Source: Basidiobolus meristosporus CBS 931.73
Lineage: Eukaryota > Fungi > Basidiobolomycota
DNA length: 64,000 bases
Assembly (NCBI GenBank): GCA_002104905.1
Contig: MCFE01000381.1
Location: 20,143 to 84,142 of the forward strand
Direction of reading: 5' to 3'
The notes under the pieces are model-generated. The model saw nothing but the letters and a program-made list of their open reading frames with translations. It had not been told where the DNA came from and searched no databases. Below, piece after piece: positions 1 to 10,638 of this stretch (the first letter of the stretch is position 1; each line of letters opens with the position of its first letter). The position numbers and the translations under genes are program-made.

Positions 1-841
1 AATATTCGTTGACAAACAGGTACCCGGTGAGCAGGAATTCCCTATACTTGGTAGAAACGTAGGTCACACTGACTCTGAAGATAAACTGGATTCCCATGGT
101 AAGAATCTCGCTAACGATCAATCCGAACCTGCCCTATCAACTGCTGGTGTTGGGTTTTGGCTCTTGAATTCCCAGGGTGTCATTCCCATCGCTTGATGAG
201 CCTAACGTTGCTTAATCCGCCCTGCCCTGCCCTGGCTGCAGGTGACTCGTGATTCGTAAGTCGTTGCATGTCGCGCTAGAACGTTTCCATTGAATGCGGG
301 AATATTCGAGCGTCCGAGGCGGTGGGAACTGGGTAGATGTCAAGGGCCGGAATCGAGCTTGGGTGTGCTGTCCATGTTGTTACATCTAGTTGGAACAAAC
401 CGCCTCCTATTTGCCAGCTCGCACACCAATCATCTCGCTCTCCCTCCAATTCCCCAAATTAAGAAAGCCTTTCATGCAAGCGGATCCCAGTATGGTGATG
501 CACAGCCTTAACTTTCATTTGCCATTGCGCCAGATACGTTCCAAGAATCATTGATCACGGTTACACATACTGCTACCCGGATGGCAACACATACATCCCA
601 ACTCCAGGTTTCATGCCAACCATCTGAAACCCAACCGAGTCCAAACACACGCAAATTCCCAGCGGGAGAGGCGTCATGATGGTTTACCACTGCTCCACCG
701 TTGGCGAGGTCACTGGAAAGGCCGGGTGAGTATCCAATAGACGGACGGTTGTTCAAGATGCAGGAAGAAATTCCACGAACCAATGTTGGTTGCTGTGCAA
801 GTCTGTGAACGGGTATCCGAAATTTCGTCACATCACACAAA

Positions 842-1201
842 TCACTTGTATGGTAGTGGATTCATGCCTTTTATAATGGGTTTCGGTGGGCTGTGCGACG
901 CATGCCATCTTCCATCCCTATCTCTTTCATTAATCATCTTCCAGAAAATCCCTACCTCGTCCACGTGAACGTGGGGTCCAGAACTGGGGTCCAGAACTGG
1001 ATCGTATCTTTCGGCGATGTGACTGTATCCCTGTGGAAACGAGAATCCTTTCATGTATTCCACACCTTTAGGAATGGATTCCCTCAGGCTCTCGTACAGA
1101 AATCGAACGAATTCGTAGGAAGGCTTGTATTGCACCAGGTATCCCATCCAGCCTGAAGTGAGCCCCCACTCGCATGGATAGACTGTGGCCCAGGTCCACA
1201 A
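842..1201 (-). CDS. Candidate exon of an unassigned, probably intron-containing host gene
   Basis: Open frame of about 125 codons (..WTWATVYPCEWGLTSGWMGYLVQYKPSYEFVRFLYESLRESIPKG..) in CpG-retaining DNA, preceded on the minus strand by a pyrimidine-rich ...ccttgtag acceptor-like site. No family recognised. Confidence 0.3.
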   Translation of the reverse strand: MWTWATVYPCEWGLTSGWMGYLVQYKPSYEFVRFLYESLRESIPKGVEYMKGFSFPQGYSHIAERYDPVLDPSSGPHVHVDEVGIFWKMINERDRDGRWHASHSPPKPIIKGMNPLPYK

Positions 1202-1422
1202 ATGGCATAGGTTGTCCTTTCCCCTACAAGGAGACGGACAATGATCGGATCGTATGTATGAATCCCAGGATACCTAAGATACCTGACAACTGCCCCGCAT
1301 ACCATCGCCACACATGTTGAAATCAGTAAATAAACGCCAACTCAGTATCATGGCGTCAACCAGCAGTCCGGTCATCCAAATATAGGTTTACCTTGCAGAC
1401 AATCGATAGCTGCCCATCTCTG

Positions 1423-1437
1423 TATATATATATATAT
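1423..1437. repeat. (TA)n microsatellite
   Basis: tatatatatatatat. Confidence 0.8.
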
Positions 1438-1656
1438 CAAGGCCGCTAGAGTGGACTCCTACCAAGTTTTCTTGCACCACAAAATCTCCTCTAAATAACT
1501 ATAGGATATATATGTAGCTAGCATTGGGGTCTTTATGGGCTCCACAGTCCTACGGTCAGAACATGGCGAGTATGTGCATTGATTCATTCCACATATGATT
1601 CTTGGTTGGAAATTACTTCTCATTTTGGAACATAAGGATCTACTTCACCTGCAGGG

Positions 1657-1836
1657 ATGTGCTGGAAGTACAAAACTCCTTGCTCTCTGGCTGAGCCTGA
1701 CCAAACCAAATCAAGAACCTGGAATATGGCTGAACCTATGCTTCTGCTTCTGTTCCGATGCATCTGTCATGGAGTAGTGGATACAACGCAGGTCCATTCA
1801 GGTCCTTTACACTTAGAAGAACTCATCCTCAAATAG
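1657..1836 (+). pseudogene. Diverged or pseudogenised paralog of the 2998-3183 small ORF (59 aa)
   Basis: KSRTWNMAEPMLLLLFRCI aligns ungapped to KSRAWGVVKGVLLFPFRCI. Upstream DNA is also homologous (cataagga[t/a]ctacttcacc; tacaaaactcct vs tataaaactcct). Confidence 0.55.
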
Positions 1837-2953
1837 CTTGGTAGGAGTAGTCTCTCGTAATGCAACATTCCAAGCAGGTGCCAAGCCAGTGTTGGTGGGG
1901 GTATTCCGACGAAACCTCCGGAATGCACCAATTCCTTATTAAGCTGAGGGCAGATGATATGGTAAGCCGAGTACACGAGGTGGATACTCAAAGGAAGCTC
2001 ACAACATCTCGGTGGCGTAGGGATGCCTCATTCATAAGGGATCAGTAGTACAAACAAGATACTTCAAACGTGCTACGCTCGCCAACACCGATCTTGTTGC
2101 TGGGGGAGGACTTAACCTGTTCGCGGGATCACCGTATATTCGCCTCAATAATTTACCGAAGACTGCAAAGGAGCATCAAGTCTAGATTGACCGTGGCGAA
2201 CGTACAGCAGTGATTGTCATTGTCCTATGAAGTCGTTCGTGTGCGGATCTGGATGTTAGGACATTCAAGAGGTCTAGCAATATCCATGAATGCTGTTACT
2301 ACTGTAGAGTGAGCTGAATTGATTTGATAAGCCCTGGTGCGCCAATAAACCATCCTTTTGTAGCATGTCCATGTACCAACCACCTAAAAGAGTGTTCGGC
2401 CGTGACGGTAGGGTATTTATGCCCGTGTAATGACAAAAAGCTATTCACAAGAGGTTATTATTCCACGTACTAAAAAGGGGAAGGTTCAATATAGTGTCTG
2501 GAGGTGGTGGACTATTGGCCATATAGTTATATATATAATGGGTTGAAGAAGTCAGTAAACAAACAAGCGCCATCTTCGAATCGTGACATTGATCAAATGT
2601 GCAGCCGTTCAAATCCAGGTTGGGACGCGAGGAAATGGCTTATTTTGGATGGGTATCTATCCTTATATATATGCTTATATATGGTTGCAGGTATTTTAGA
2701 TCCTAGTGTACTTTCCTACCAAGTATTCTGCTATCTGACCAGAAGGGTTTGCCCGCCTCCCCCCCCCCACAGAGTCGCATTCATACAGTAATTATGTCTT
2801 TACAGGTCCCATCTTTCTACAATTTGAACGTAAGAAACACACATATTTATCTGTAGACCATTTCGCACCACATATGTGGAATTGCTTATCGGCAATGGCG
2901 TGTCCTCCTAGGTCATAAGGAACTACTTCACCCAACTGCATCGTAACTGAAAA

Positions 2954-2960
2954 TATAAAA
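2954..2960 (+). promoter_or_regulatory. TATA-like box upstream of small ORF
   Basis: TATAAAA about 40 nt before the ATG at 2998. Confidence 0.35.
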
Positions 2961-2997
2961 CTCCTCATACTCCAGTCTGTAATAACCGATTTATTCG

Positions 2998-3183
2998 ATG
3001 TCCAGTTCCAAGTTAACCAAGCCTACCAAGTCAGCCAAGCCCACAAAGTCAGTAAAGTCAAGAGCCTGGGGCGTGGTCAAAGGTGTACTCCTCTTTCCGT
3101 TCCGATGCATCTACTATGGTGGTGGAAAATACAGCGGAAACCCGTATGTTCCCTATGCCGGTCCTGAACACTTCGGCTCTTAG
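2998..3183 (+). CDS. Small basic protein (61 aa) with KPTKS repeats, one hydrophobic segment and a G/Y/P-rich tail
   Basis: ATG-initiated ORF in CpG-retaining DNA, TATA-like box upstream, local paralog at 1657-1836. Confidence 0.55.
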   Translation: MSSSKLTKPTKSAKPTKSVKSRAWGVVKGVLLFPFRCIYYGGGKYSGNPYVPYAGPEHFGS

Positions 3184-3689
3184 CGAATCGTTTCCAACTA
3201 CTCGATCTAGAACACCGTATATATGTTAATAAGCCACAAATAAGACTATCTTATTGTTAATTATGCATATCTACGGCCCTCTTCATCTTTGCACAATCAA
3301 ACATGAGCTCGGAGTCGCTTCACCTGGTCGTGGACAGCCCTATGGGTGTACCAATACCACGCATGATTTACAAAGGATCTTGGTAGCATTCGTGAAGATG
3401 GTTGTTGAGCGGGTTTCATGTTACAGTGTTATCCCCCATGTGCCACCAGAATTCTTTCTAGACTTCTACGCAACCAATTCACCCGCCTTGCATATGTTTA
3501 TGCTATGGTCTATTAGTATGGTAGCACCAATAGTGCACATGTGCTTTGACCCAACAATAGATGAGCTCATTCTGGTATGCTCTACAGCTCTACTGTATGC
3601 TATCTGCATATTCGTGTTATTCATATTATGTAATCTGGCCAGTAATATCCCATAAACTCGCCTACCATGGTTTCTGATTATTTTATTGC

Positions 3690-4430
3690 ATAGATTATGG
3701 CTCAGTCTATATGCAATTTCAAGGTACAATGCTTCCCATGGAAGGTAAATAACCGTGCCAGTACCTACTTGATACAACTACATCCATGTTATCATCTCTA
3801 CCATTTGCATATCGTGTATTGTATTGCAATGTTGTTGACTGATTGAATACACAATGCCTTTCAGAACCTTCCATCACTGCTTGTTAGTATATTCCTAGCT
3901 CATTGAGATGTAAGCAAGACTTCTACAAATATGTCTCATCTTCTAGGCTAACTGTCATCTACAATGACCATGTACAATAAAGCATTGTGTTAATCTCAAT
4001 ATTGCTGCTTGTTATTTGGTTATTCACTGCTACCAATTGTTACTAGAACTTTCACTCCTGGTCCAAGGAGCATTGGCCAGAAGCAACTGTGACAGCAAAC
4101 CAACCTTGTAGGCACCACTTGCAATGTATACTCATATCAAGTGTCTTTTATTATATTTGACAGTTACCTAGGTTGCTCATGTAGAAGAAAAAACACTATA
4201 TGTCTTTCTAATTATCAAGCAAAGCAGTATTCTCATAAAGCCCCTGCTGGTGGGGTTTACAGTTGCTTTGGCTTTGTCAGCCTTAGTAGATGGCCATCTA
4301 CAAGGTTGCTGTATCCAACAAATATGCTTATTATGATGCCAACCAAGCTGAGAACTGTGGATCATTAAGTCTCATGTCACAAGCTGAAGCCTAGTTTCCC
4401 TCAACATTGGATCAAAGACAGTTCCAACTA
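3690..4430 (+). mobile_element. Highly degenerate gypsy LTR relic (LTR-A-like)
   Basis: Collinear patchy similarity to 28130-29200 (e.g. agaaccttcca, ttattatatttga, cctgctggtggggtttacagttg). Confidence 0.55.
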
Positions 4431-4461
4431 AGGATGTGAAGATTTGGCAGGAGGCTATTGC

Positions 4462-4528
4462 TGTTGTAAGAGTCATGGAGATATTGGAGGTGACTGGGAG
4501 AACAAGTAGATTATGTGGTTTTCACTTA
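4462..4528 (-). mobile_element. Copia LTR-B 3' end fragment
   Basis: Reverse complement of the LTR-B end (taagtgaaaaccacataatctacttg...cttacaaca). Confidence 0.75.
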
Positions 4529-4556
4529 GGGTCAGGGGGAGGAAAGTCACCAAATA

Positions 4557-4949
4557 TGTGGTGGTGTATAAGTCCAAGGGAGAGATACATCCAACACTCC
4601 TCAAGTATTGTGTGTGGGGTGTTCACTGGGTGCAATAACCTCTGGCAAAAGCCTGCTAGAAATACATGGGTCCTGTCTCTAATTTAATGTCATGGGGAAT
4701 AAAGCCACAAGCTTGTCAAGGGAAAACTATTGAGCTATAATCCCAAACTTAGTTGGTGTCTTAACAAAAATATGTGCTGAGTTCAGTGTCCTCTGAAATG
4801 ACAATGTACTAAACCTTCCAAAGTCAAAACAACTGCCAGCTCCACCAGCAGAGACTAGATCAGAATGCAGCTGTGGTCAATAGTTACAAAGTCAGAAAAA
4901 TGTCTTTGCCTGCTTAAGGACAAACTTGGGAAAGAATCAAATACAATAA
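4557..4949 (-). mobile_element. Gypsy LTR-A 3' half, truncated
   Basis: Reverse complement of about 28810-29200, including the terminal tacaccaccaca. Confidence 0.8.
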
Positions 4950-4978
4950 CTGGGAGAATAAGTAGATTATGTGGTTTT

Positions 4979-5327
4979 TGTTGTAAAAATTTGTATTTCC
5001 ACCTAAATAATCACCTAACTTAGTCACTTAGATCATTACCTTCAAATCCTAGAGAATACTGACCAAATTCCTTGTCAGGATTTACTTAGAATATTTTCAC
5101 CAAAATACCAGGTGCCCAGAACATGAAAATTCTCAAAGTTGTTCAAACAGCCCCAAACTTTGCACACATGTTCTTGGGACCTTCCTTAACCTATTCTACG
5201 TGTCTGTAATGCCAAGATCAGGTAAAAGTATAAATACTACTTTTACATTCAATAGATCATTAAGTGAAAACTACATGATCTACTTGTTCTCCCAATCACT
5301 TCCAATATCTCCAAGACTCTTACAGCA
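4979..5327 (+). repeat. Copia-1 5' LTR (LTR-B)
   Basis: tgttgtaaaa...cttacagca, direct repeat of 9313-9659, internal gtataaata. Confidence 0.95.
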
Positions 5328-5339
5328 TGTTATGAACCC
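5328..5339 (+). promoter_or_regulatory. Copia primer-binding site, GGTTATGAGCCC type (internal/half initiator tRNA-Met priming)
   Basis: tgttatgaaccc here; ggttattagccc at 10986, tgttatgagccc at 12353, gactatgagtcc at about 43072. Confidence 0.7.
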
Positions 5340-5358
5340 CAAGCTGTCACTGTCTGCA

Positions 5359-8300
5359 ATGTCTAATACTGCCATTACTGGAATTTTTCCCTCTGCTGAA
5401 AAGTTGGTTGGATCTAACTACCAAGTGTGGAAGGTGAAGATGAAGATGCTGCTACAAGCAAGAGGCCTTTGGGATATTGTCATGGGAGAAGAATGCCCTC
5501 CTAAAAACGTGGGAGAGGAAGCCTTAAAGTACCAGAAGAAAGAACGAAGTGCCTTTAACTGCATTTGCCTCAATGTTAAGGACAAATTGCTAATTCAATG
5601 CTCAAGAGCAAAATGGCAAAGAATGCCTGGAAAGCATTAGAAGACACCTACCAGTCATGTTCAGCTGCCAAGAAGATGTATCTGAGACAAAAATTCTTTA
5701 CTACAAAGATGCTGCCAGGAGAAGAAATGAGAAATCTAAATAACAGAATTACCCTGCTGGTAGATGAGATGGAATCTGTGGGTGTACCAACTACTGATGA
5801 AGATGTGATAGTTACCATCCTGAATAGCCTGACAGACAAGTTTCAGGGCCTTGTATCCACCCTAGAGTCCGGAACTGAAGGATTGACCTTAAATTACGTA
5901 TATGAAAGGCTCCTGGATGAAGAATTAAGAAAATCAAGTGCTAGTAAGAAGGAAGAAGAAAATGCTTTAATAAGCAATGATAGCCAACAAAGGAGATACC
6001 CAAGACCCTACAAATGCAACAGCAACCTGTTTTGCAACTACTGTAAAAGGAAAGGACACACATCAGACCGGTATCTCAAAAAGAGAGATTATCAGCAAAA
6101 GAAGCCTGAATATGGAAATGCTGCAACAACTGAAGATAGACTATTCATATCTGCACTAAATATGACCACAAACAAGGATTCTCAGATGTGGTATATTGAC
6201 TCTGGAGCTTCTCAACACTTTACACACCAAAAAGAACTTTTTACCCAATATCAAGAAATTCCAATTAAGAAGGTTTTCATGGGTGACAATAGAGCACTTG
6301 ATGCAGTGGGAGAAGGAACTATCCAAGTAAACCTTAGAGGCAGTGAAGGACGCCATACACTGACCTTTAAAGAAGTACTCTATGTACCAGAAATAGCCAA
6401 GAACCTACTCTCTGTAAGCAAGGCCACAGCAGAAGGACTCAGTTTCAGTTTTGACAATCCTGGATGCAGGATCACTGATCAAAATGGTGCCCATATTGCT
6501 TTGGGAATCAGAGATCAGAATCTATACAAGTTGACTTATATTCCATCATATTTGGAAGCCAATATAAGTAACTTAAATGAAGAAACACCAATGCTTTGGT
6601 ACAGGAGATTTGGACACATCAATTTTGATTATTTGCGCAAAATGATCAAAGATCAGCTAATTTCTGGAGTAAAAATTGATCCCCCAGCTAACTTGGAGCA
6701 CTGTGAAGCCTGCACATATGGGAAACAAGCCAGACAACTGTTCAAGAGCTCTGGGTTAATCAAAACTAAGAAAAAATTAGATCTAATTCACTCAGATCTG
6801 TGTGGACCTATGCAAAATTTATCATTAGGCGGGATGAAGTATTTAATCACTTTTATTGATGATTATACAAGATACACATGAGTCTACTTCATGGAGAGAA
6901 AGGAAGAAGCTCTGTCTAAGCTCAGGGAGTTTAAAGCCATGGTGGAGAGAGAAACTGGTGAAAAAATCAAGAAAATACGCTCTGACAATGGTGGAGAATA
7001 TACCTCAAAACTCTTCATCCACTTCTGCAAAATTCATGGGATAAAGCAAGAGACTACTGTACCATACTCCCCACAGCAAAATGGAGTAGCAGAACAAGCT
7101 AACAGATCAATAATTGATGTGGCAAGATCTATGATCCATGATCAAAAATTATCCTATGATTTTTGGGCGGAATCAGTTGCCACTGCTGTATATCTTAAAA
7201 ATAGGAGTTATAACAGAATACTTCGTGATTCTACTCCATTTGAAGCATGGTATAGATACAGACCAAGCGCAGAACAGCTAAGAATATTTGGGTGTACAGC
7301 ATATGCCAAAAAACTGGCCGGAAATCAGTCAAAATCTAAGCCAAAAAGTGTAAAATGCATATTTTTGGGCTACTGCAATGAGAGTAAGGCATACAGACAC
7401 TACAATACCAAAGCAAAGAAGCTTATCAAGTCCAGGGATGTGTTGTTTGATGAAAATTCAAAATTTTCACAAAAAATGATATCAGTTGATGACAAAAATT
7501 TGATCTCAAGTCCACCAATGGTCAGGATTGAATCAGAGCAAAACAATGAAGATTTTTTCACTCCAGAGGACTTTAAAACCGTGGTTCAGCCAGAATCAGT
7601 GTCCAGTAATATCCCAGAAGTGATCATTCCAGTATCAAATGCCCGGAGATCCAATGAGACAAGAAATAGCCCAAATTACTATATCAATCAGGGTACAAAC
7701 TTAGCCTATGACTATTCAGTCCATATTGATTAGCCCCAGACTGTAAAAGAGGCCCCAAATAGCCCTCAGATGAAGTTTTGGAGATCTGCAATGACTGAGG
7801 AATATCAGGGCTTGATGGAAAATCAAACTTGGGACTTAGTCAAGTTACCAATCAACCAAAAATCAATTGGATGCAGATGGGTCTTCAAGACAAAATACAA
7901 GGCTGATGGTACAGTTGAAAGATACAAAGCAAGACTTGTAGTCAAAGGATAATCTCAAACAAAAGGACTTGACTATACTGAGACCTTTGCACCGGTAGCC
8001 AAGTGTAATTCCATCAGATTAATATTGGCTATTGCAGCCGAATATAAGTTTTTTATTCATCAAATGGATGTAAAAACTGCATTTTTGAATGGAGAACTTG
8101 ATGAGGATGTGTATATGAACCAGCCTGATGGGTTTGTTGACCAAGATAACCCCCATCTGGTCTGCAAGCTTAAAAAGTCACTATATGGTCTCAAACAATC
8201 ACTGAGAGCCTGGAATTGCAAGATAGATTCTTATTTGGAATCCTTGAGGTTCAAAAGAAGTAATACTGACTATAGCATATACTATAAGCCAGATAGAGCA

Positions 8301-9340
8301 AATACAGTTCTATTAGCTCTATATGTGGATGATCTTATTATAGCCGCTAATAACCTAGAAACATTGGAAGAGACTAAATCCAGCCTATCTAAGGAGTTCA
8401 AGATGTCTGATTTAGGAGAACTTAGTTACTACTTAGGGATTAAGTTCTCCATAGACAGAAGTACCCAGACTAATACCCTAAGCCAATCCAAGTATATTCA
8501 AGATATACTAAAGAAGTACAAAATGGAGACTGTAAACCGGCAGCTACCCCAATGGAGACAAACCTTAACTTGGTCAAAACTCAACCAAATCAAGAGAGCT
8601 TGGTGCCATCTGAAAGCCCTGACTTTCCTTAGCAATCTATGGTCGGCAGTCTGATGTATATCATGCTTGGAACATGTCCACAAATCTCATATTCAGTGGG
8701 AGTTGTCAGCCAACATAATTAGAACTATGGATCTGATCATATTTCAGCAGTTAAGCAGATTTTTAGATACCTAAAAGAAACTGCTAATATCTGCTTAAGA
8801 TACACTTATAAGCACTCAGAACAAGATCTTGTGGGATACTTTGATGCAGATTGGGGACAAAATTTAGAAGACTGAAGATCCACCACAGGATACACCTTTC
8901 TTTACTGTAAAGGAGCAATTTCATGGAATTCAAGAAAGCAACCAACCGTAGCACTTTCCACCACAGAGGCAGAGTATATGGCAGCCTGTGAAGCTACAAA
9001 AGAAGCAATGTGGTTAAGAAAGCTGTTTACAGATTTAGGCCTATGTCAAAAAACGCCAATTACTTTATTTCAAGATAATCAAGGATGTATACAATTAGGT
9101 AGAAATCCAACTTTTCATGCTAGAACCAAGCACATAGATATTAGACATCATTTCATACGTGAAGCTATAAAGAATAACTTAGTTAGCTTAGTTTACTGTC
9201 CTACAGATGAAATGATTGCAGACATATTTACCAAACCATTAGCTAGAGACAAGTTTGAATATCTTAGGTCAAAATTAGGACTAGTCAGTATGAACATTTT
9301 GCTGAGTGGGAGTGTTGTAAAAATTTGTATTTCCACCTAA
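5359..9340 (+). pseudogene. gag-pol: Copia gag-pol polyprotein, disrupted
   Basis: NYQVWKVKMKMLL (gag N-term), CNYCKRKGH knuckle, WYIDSGASQH protease, HSDLCGP / SDNGGEY / PQQNGVAE integrase, MDVKTAFLNG / LYVDDLI RT, STTEAEY / TKHIDIRHHF RNase H. Frameshifts near 5610 and 8535; stops at 6879, 7731, 7950, about 8634 and about 8875. Confidence 0.95.
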
Positions 9341-9659
9341 ATATTCACCTAACTTAGTCACTTAGATCATCACCTTCAAATCCTAGAGAATACTGACCAA
9401 ATTCCTTGTTGGGATTTACTTAAAATATTTTCACCAAAATACCAGGTACCCAGAACTTGAAAATTCTCAAAGTTGTCCAAACAGCCCCAAACTTTGCACG
9501 CATGTTCTTGGGACCTTCCTTAACCTATTCTAAGTGTTTGTAGTGCCAAGATCAGGTAAAATATAAATACTACTTTTACATTCAATAAATCATTAAGTGA
9601 AAACCACATAATGTACTTGTTCTCCAATCACTTCCAATATCTCCAAGACTCTTACAACA
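9313..9659 (+). repeat. Copia-1 3' LTR (LTR-B)
   Basis: Direct repeat of 4979-5327. Confidence 0.95.
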
Positions 9660-9952
9660 GTTTTCACTTATTGGTATATTGAATGTAAAAGTAGTATTTA
9701 TACTTCTACATGGTTTTGGCAGAACAAACACATAAAGTATATTTAGGAAGTACCCAATAGCATGTGTGAGAAATTTGGGGCTGTTTGGACAACTCTTAGA
9801 ATTCTCTCACTTGGGGTACCTGATACCCTGGTGAAAATATTTCAAATAAGTCCCAACAAGGAGCTTGGCCAGTATTCTCAGAGATTTGTAGGTAATGATC
9901 TAAGTAACCAAGTCAGGTGATTGTTTTGGTGGAATTTCAAATTTCCACAACA
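9660..9952 (-). mobile_element. Older minus-strand LTR-B, the target of the Copia-1 insertion (left part 4950-4978)
   Basis: agtagattatgtggtttt|Copia-1|gttttcactta...ttccacaaca reads through as a reverse-complement LTR-B. Confidence 0.85.
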
Positions 9953-10312
9953 ATTGCACCCAGCAAGTGCACTACTCAATCCCCTTTAGAAGTATTGGAC
10001 TAATCTTTTGGGCTCAGCCTCCACCATGGGGGTACTCATATGAATTGATCTTTATTGAGGCTCCAGGAGCTTCTTTTATGCATTTAGCCAGCTCAATTTC
10101 CAAGTAAATATATTAGACTTGTTCCATTAGATAATGTCACATTGAGCCATGAATGCCAAATGATGCCATAGTGTGCCAGGAAGGCCAAGTGGACCAGTAC
10201 TTGGCCACAGAGTGTGAAATATAGTGCTTCATCTTCATGCAAAGCAGCCCCTGTGTTTGACCTGTTGTGCTGGAGAAAATTCATTTTTTGACCTTTTTTT
10301 TGGATCAATGTT

Positions 10313-10638
10313 GTGCAGGATGTGTAAAAGAACAGAAGGACTGAAGACCTGCATCTGGTACTCAATACCCATGGCACTCTGATTCTAGCTCCTGTGGCTT
10401 GTAACATGTCCCAAAAATGCATGGCACTATCTTGGTCCACTGGCACTATCTGGCATTATAAGTGTTTTGTATATGTTTTACTCTAGGGCTAATATTTAAA
10501 TATAGTTCCAGTGGACCAAGATAGTGCCATGCATTTTTGGGACATGTTACAAGCCACAGGAGCTAGAATCAGAGTGACATGGGTATTGAGTACCAGATGC
10601 ATATATTCATTCCTTCTGTTCTCTTACACATCATGCAC
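10313..10638. repeat. Long inverted repeat: 137-bp arms (10313-10449 / 10502-10638), 52-bp loop; foldback or MITE-like
   Basis: Arms are reverse complements with about 8 mismatches. The right arm is cut by the copia LTR at 10639. Confidence 0.9.

Larger units (their letters stand above)
4979..9659 (+). mobile_element. Copia-1: full-length Ty1/copia LTR retrotransposon (about 4.7 kb), defective
   Basis: TG..CA LTRs 4979-5327 and 9313-9659 (about 17 substitutions and 2 indels by eye), TSD GTTTT (4974-4978 / 9660-9664), PBS at 5328, PPT gagtgggag 9304-9312, domain order gag-PR-IN-RT-RH. Confidence 0.97.

Noticed and set aside
440-510. SPYWDPLA resembling the glycerol kinase APYWD motif
   Set aside because: Flanked by stops, with no other FGGY-kinase motifs
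974-1000. 13-bp tandem duplication ggggtccagaact x2
   Set aside because: Single short slippage duplication with no further structure
3305-3400. Minus-strand WYWYTHRAVH resembling a desaturase/hydroxylase histidine box
   Set aside because: The second HxxHH box is absent, the frame stops immediately, and there is no other supporting similarity
5200-5358. ORF apparently starting inside the copia LTR (also 12156, and 23026 for Gypsy-A) extending gag N-terminally
   Set aside because: Non-ATG starts in LTR sequence crossing the PBS. The 10639 LTR has a stop in this frame. True ATGs are at 5359 and 23239.
9304-9340. Pol reading through the PPT and terminating inside the 3' LTR
   Set aside because: Common arrangement in copia elements
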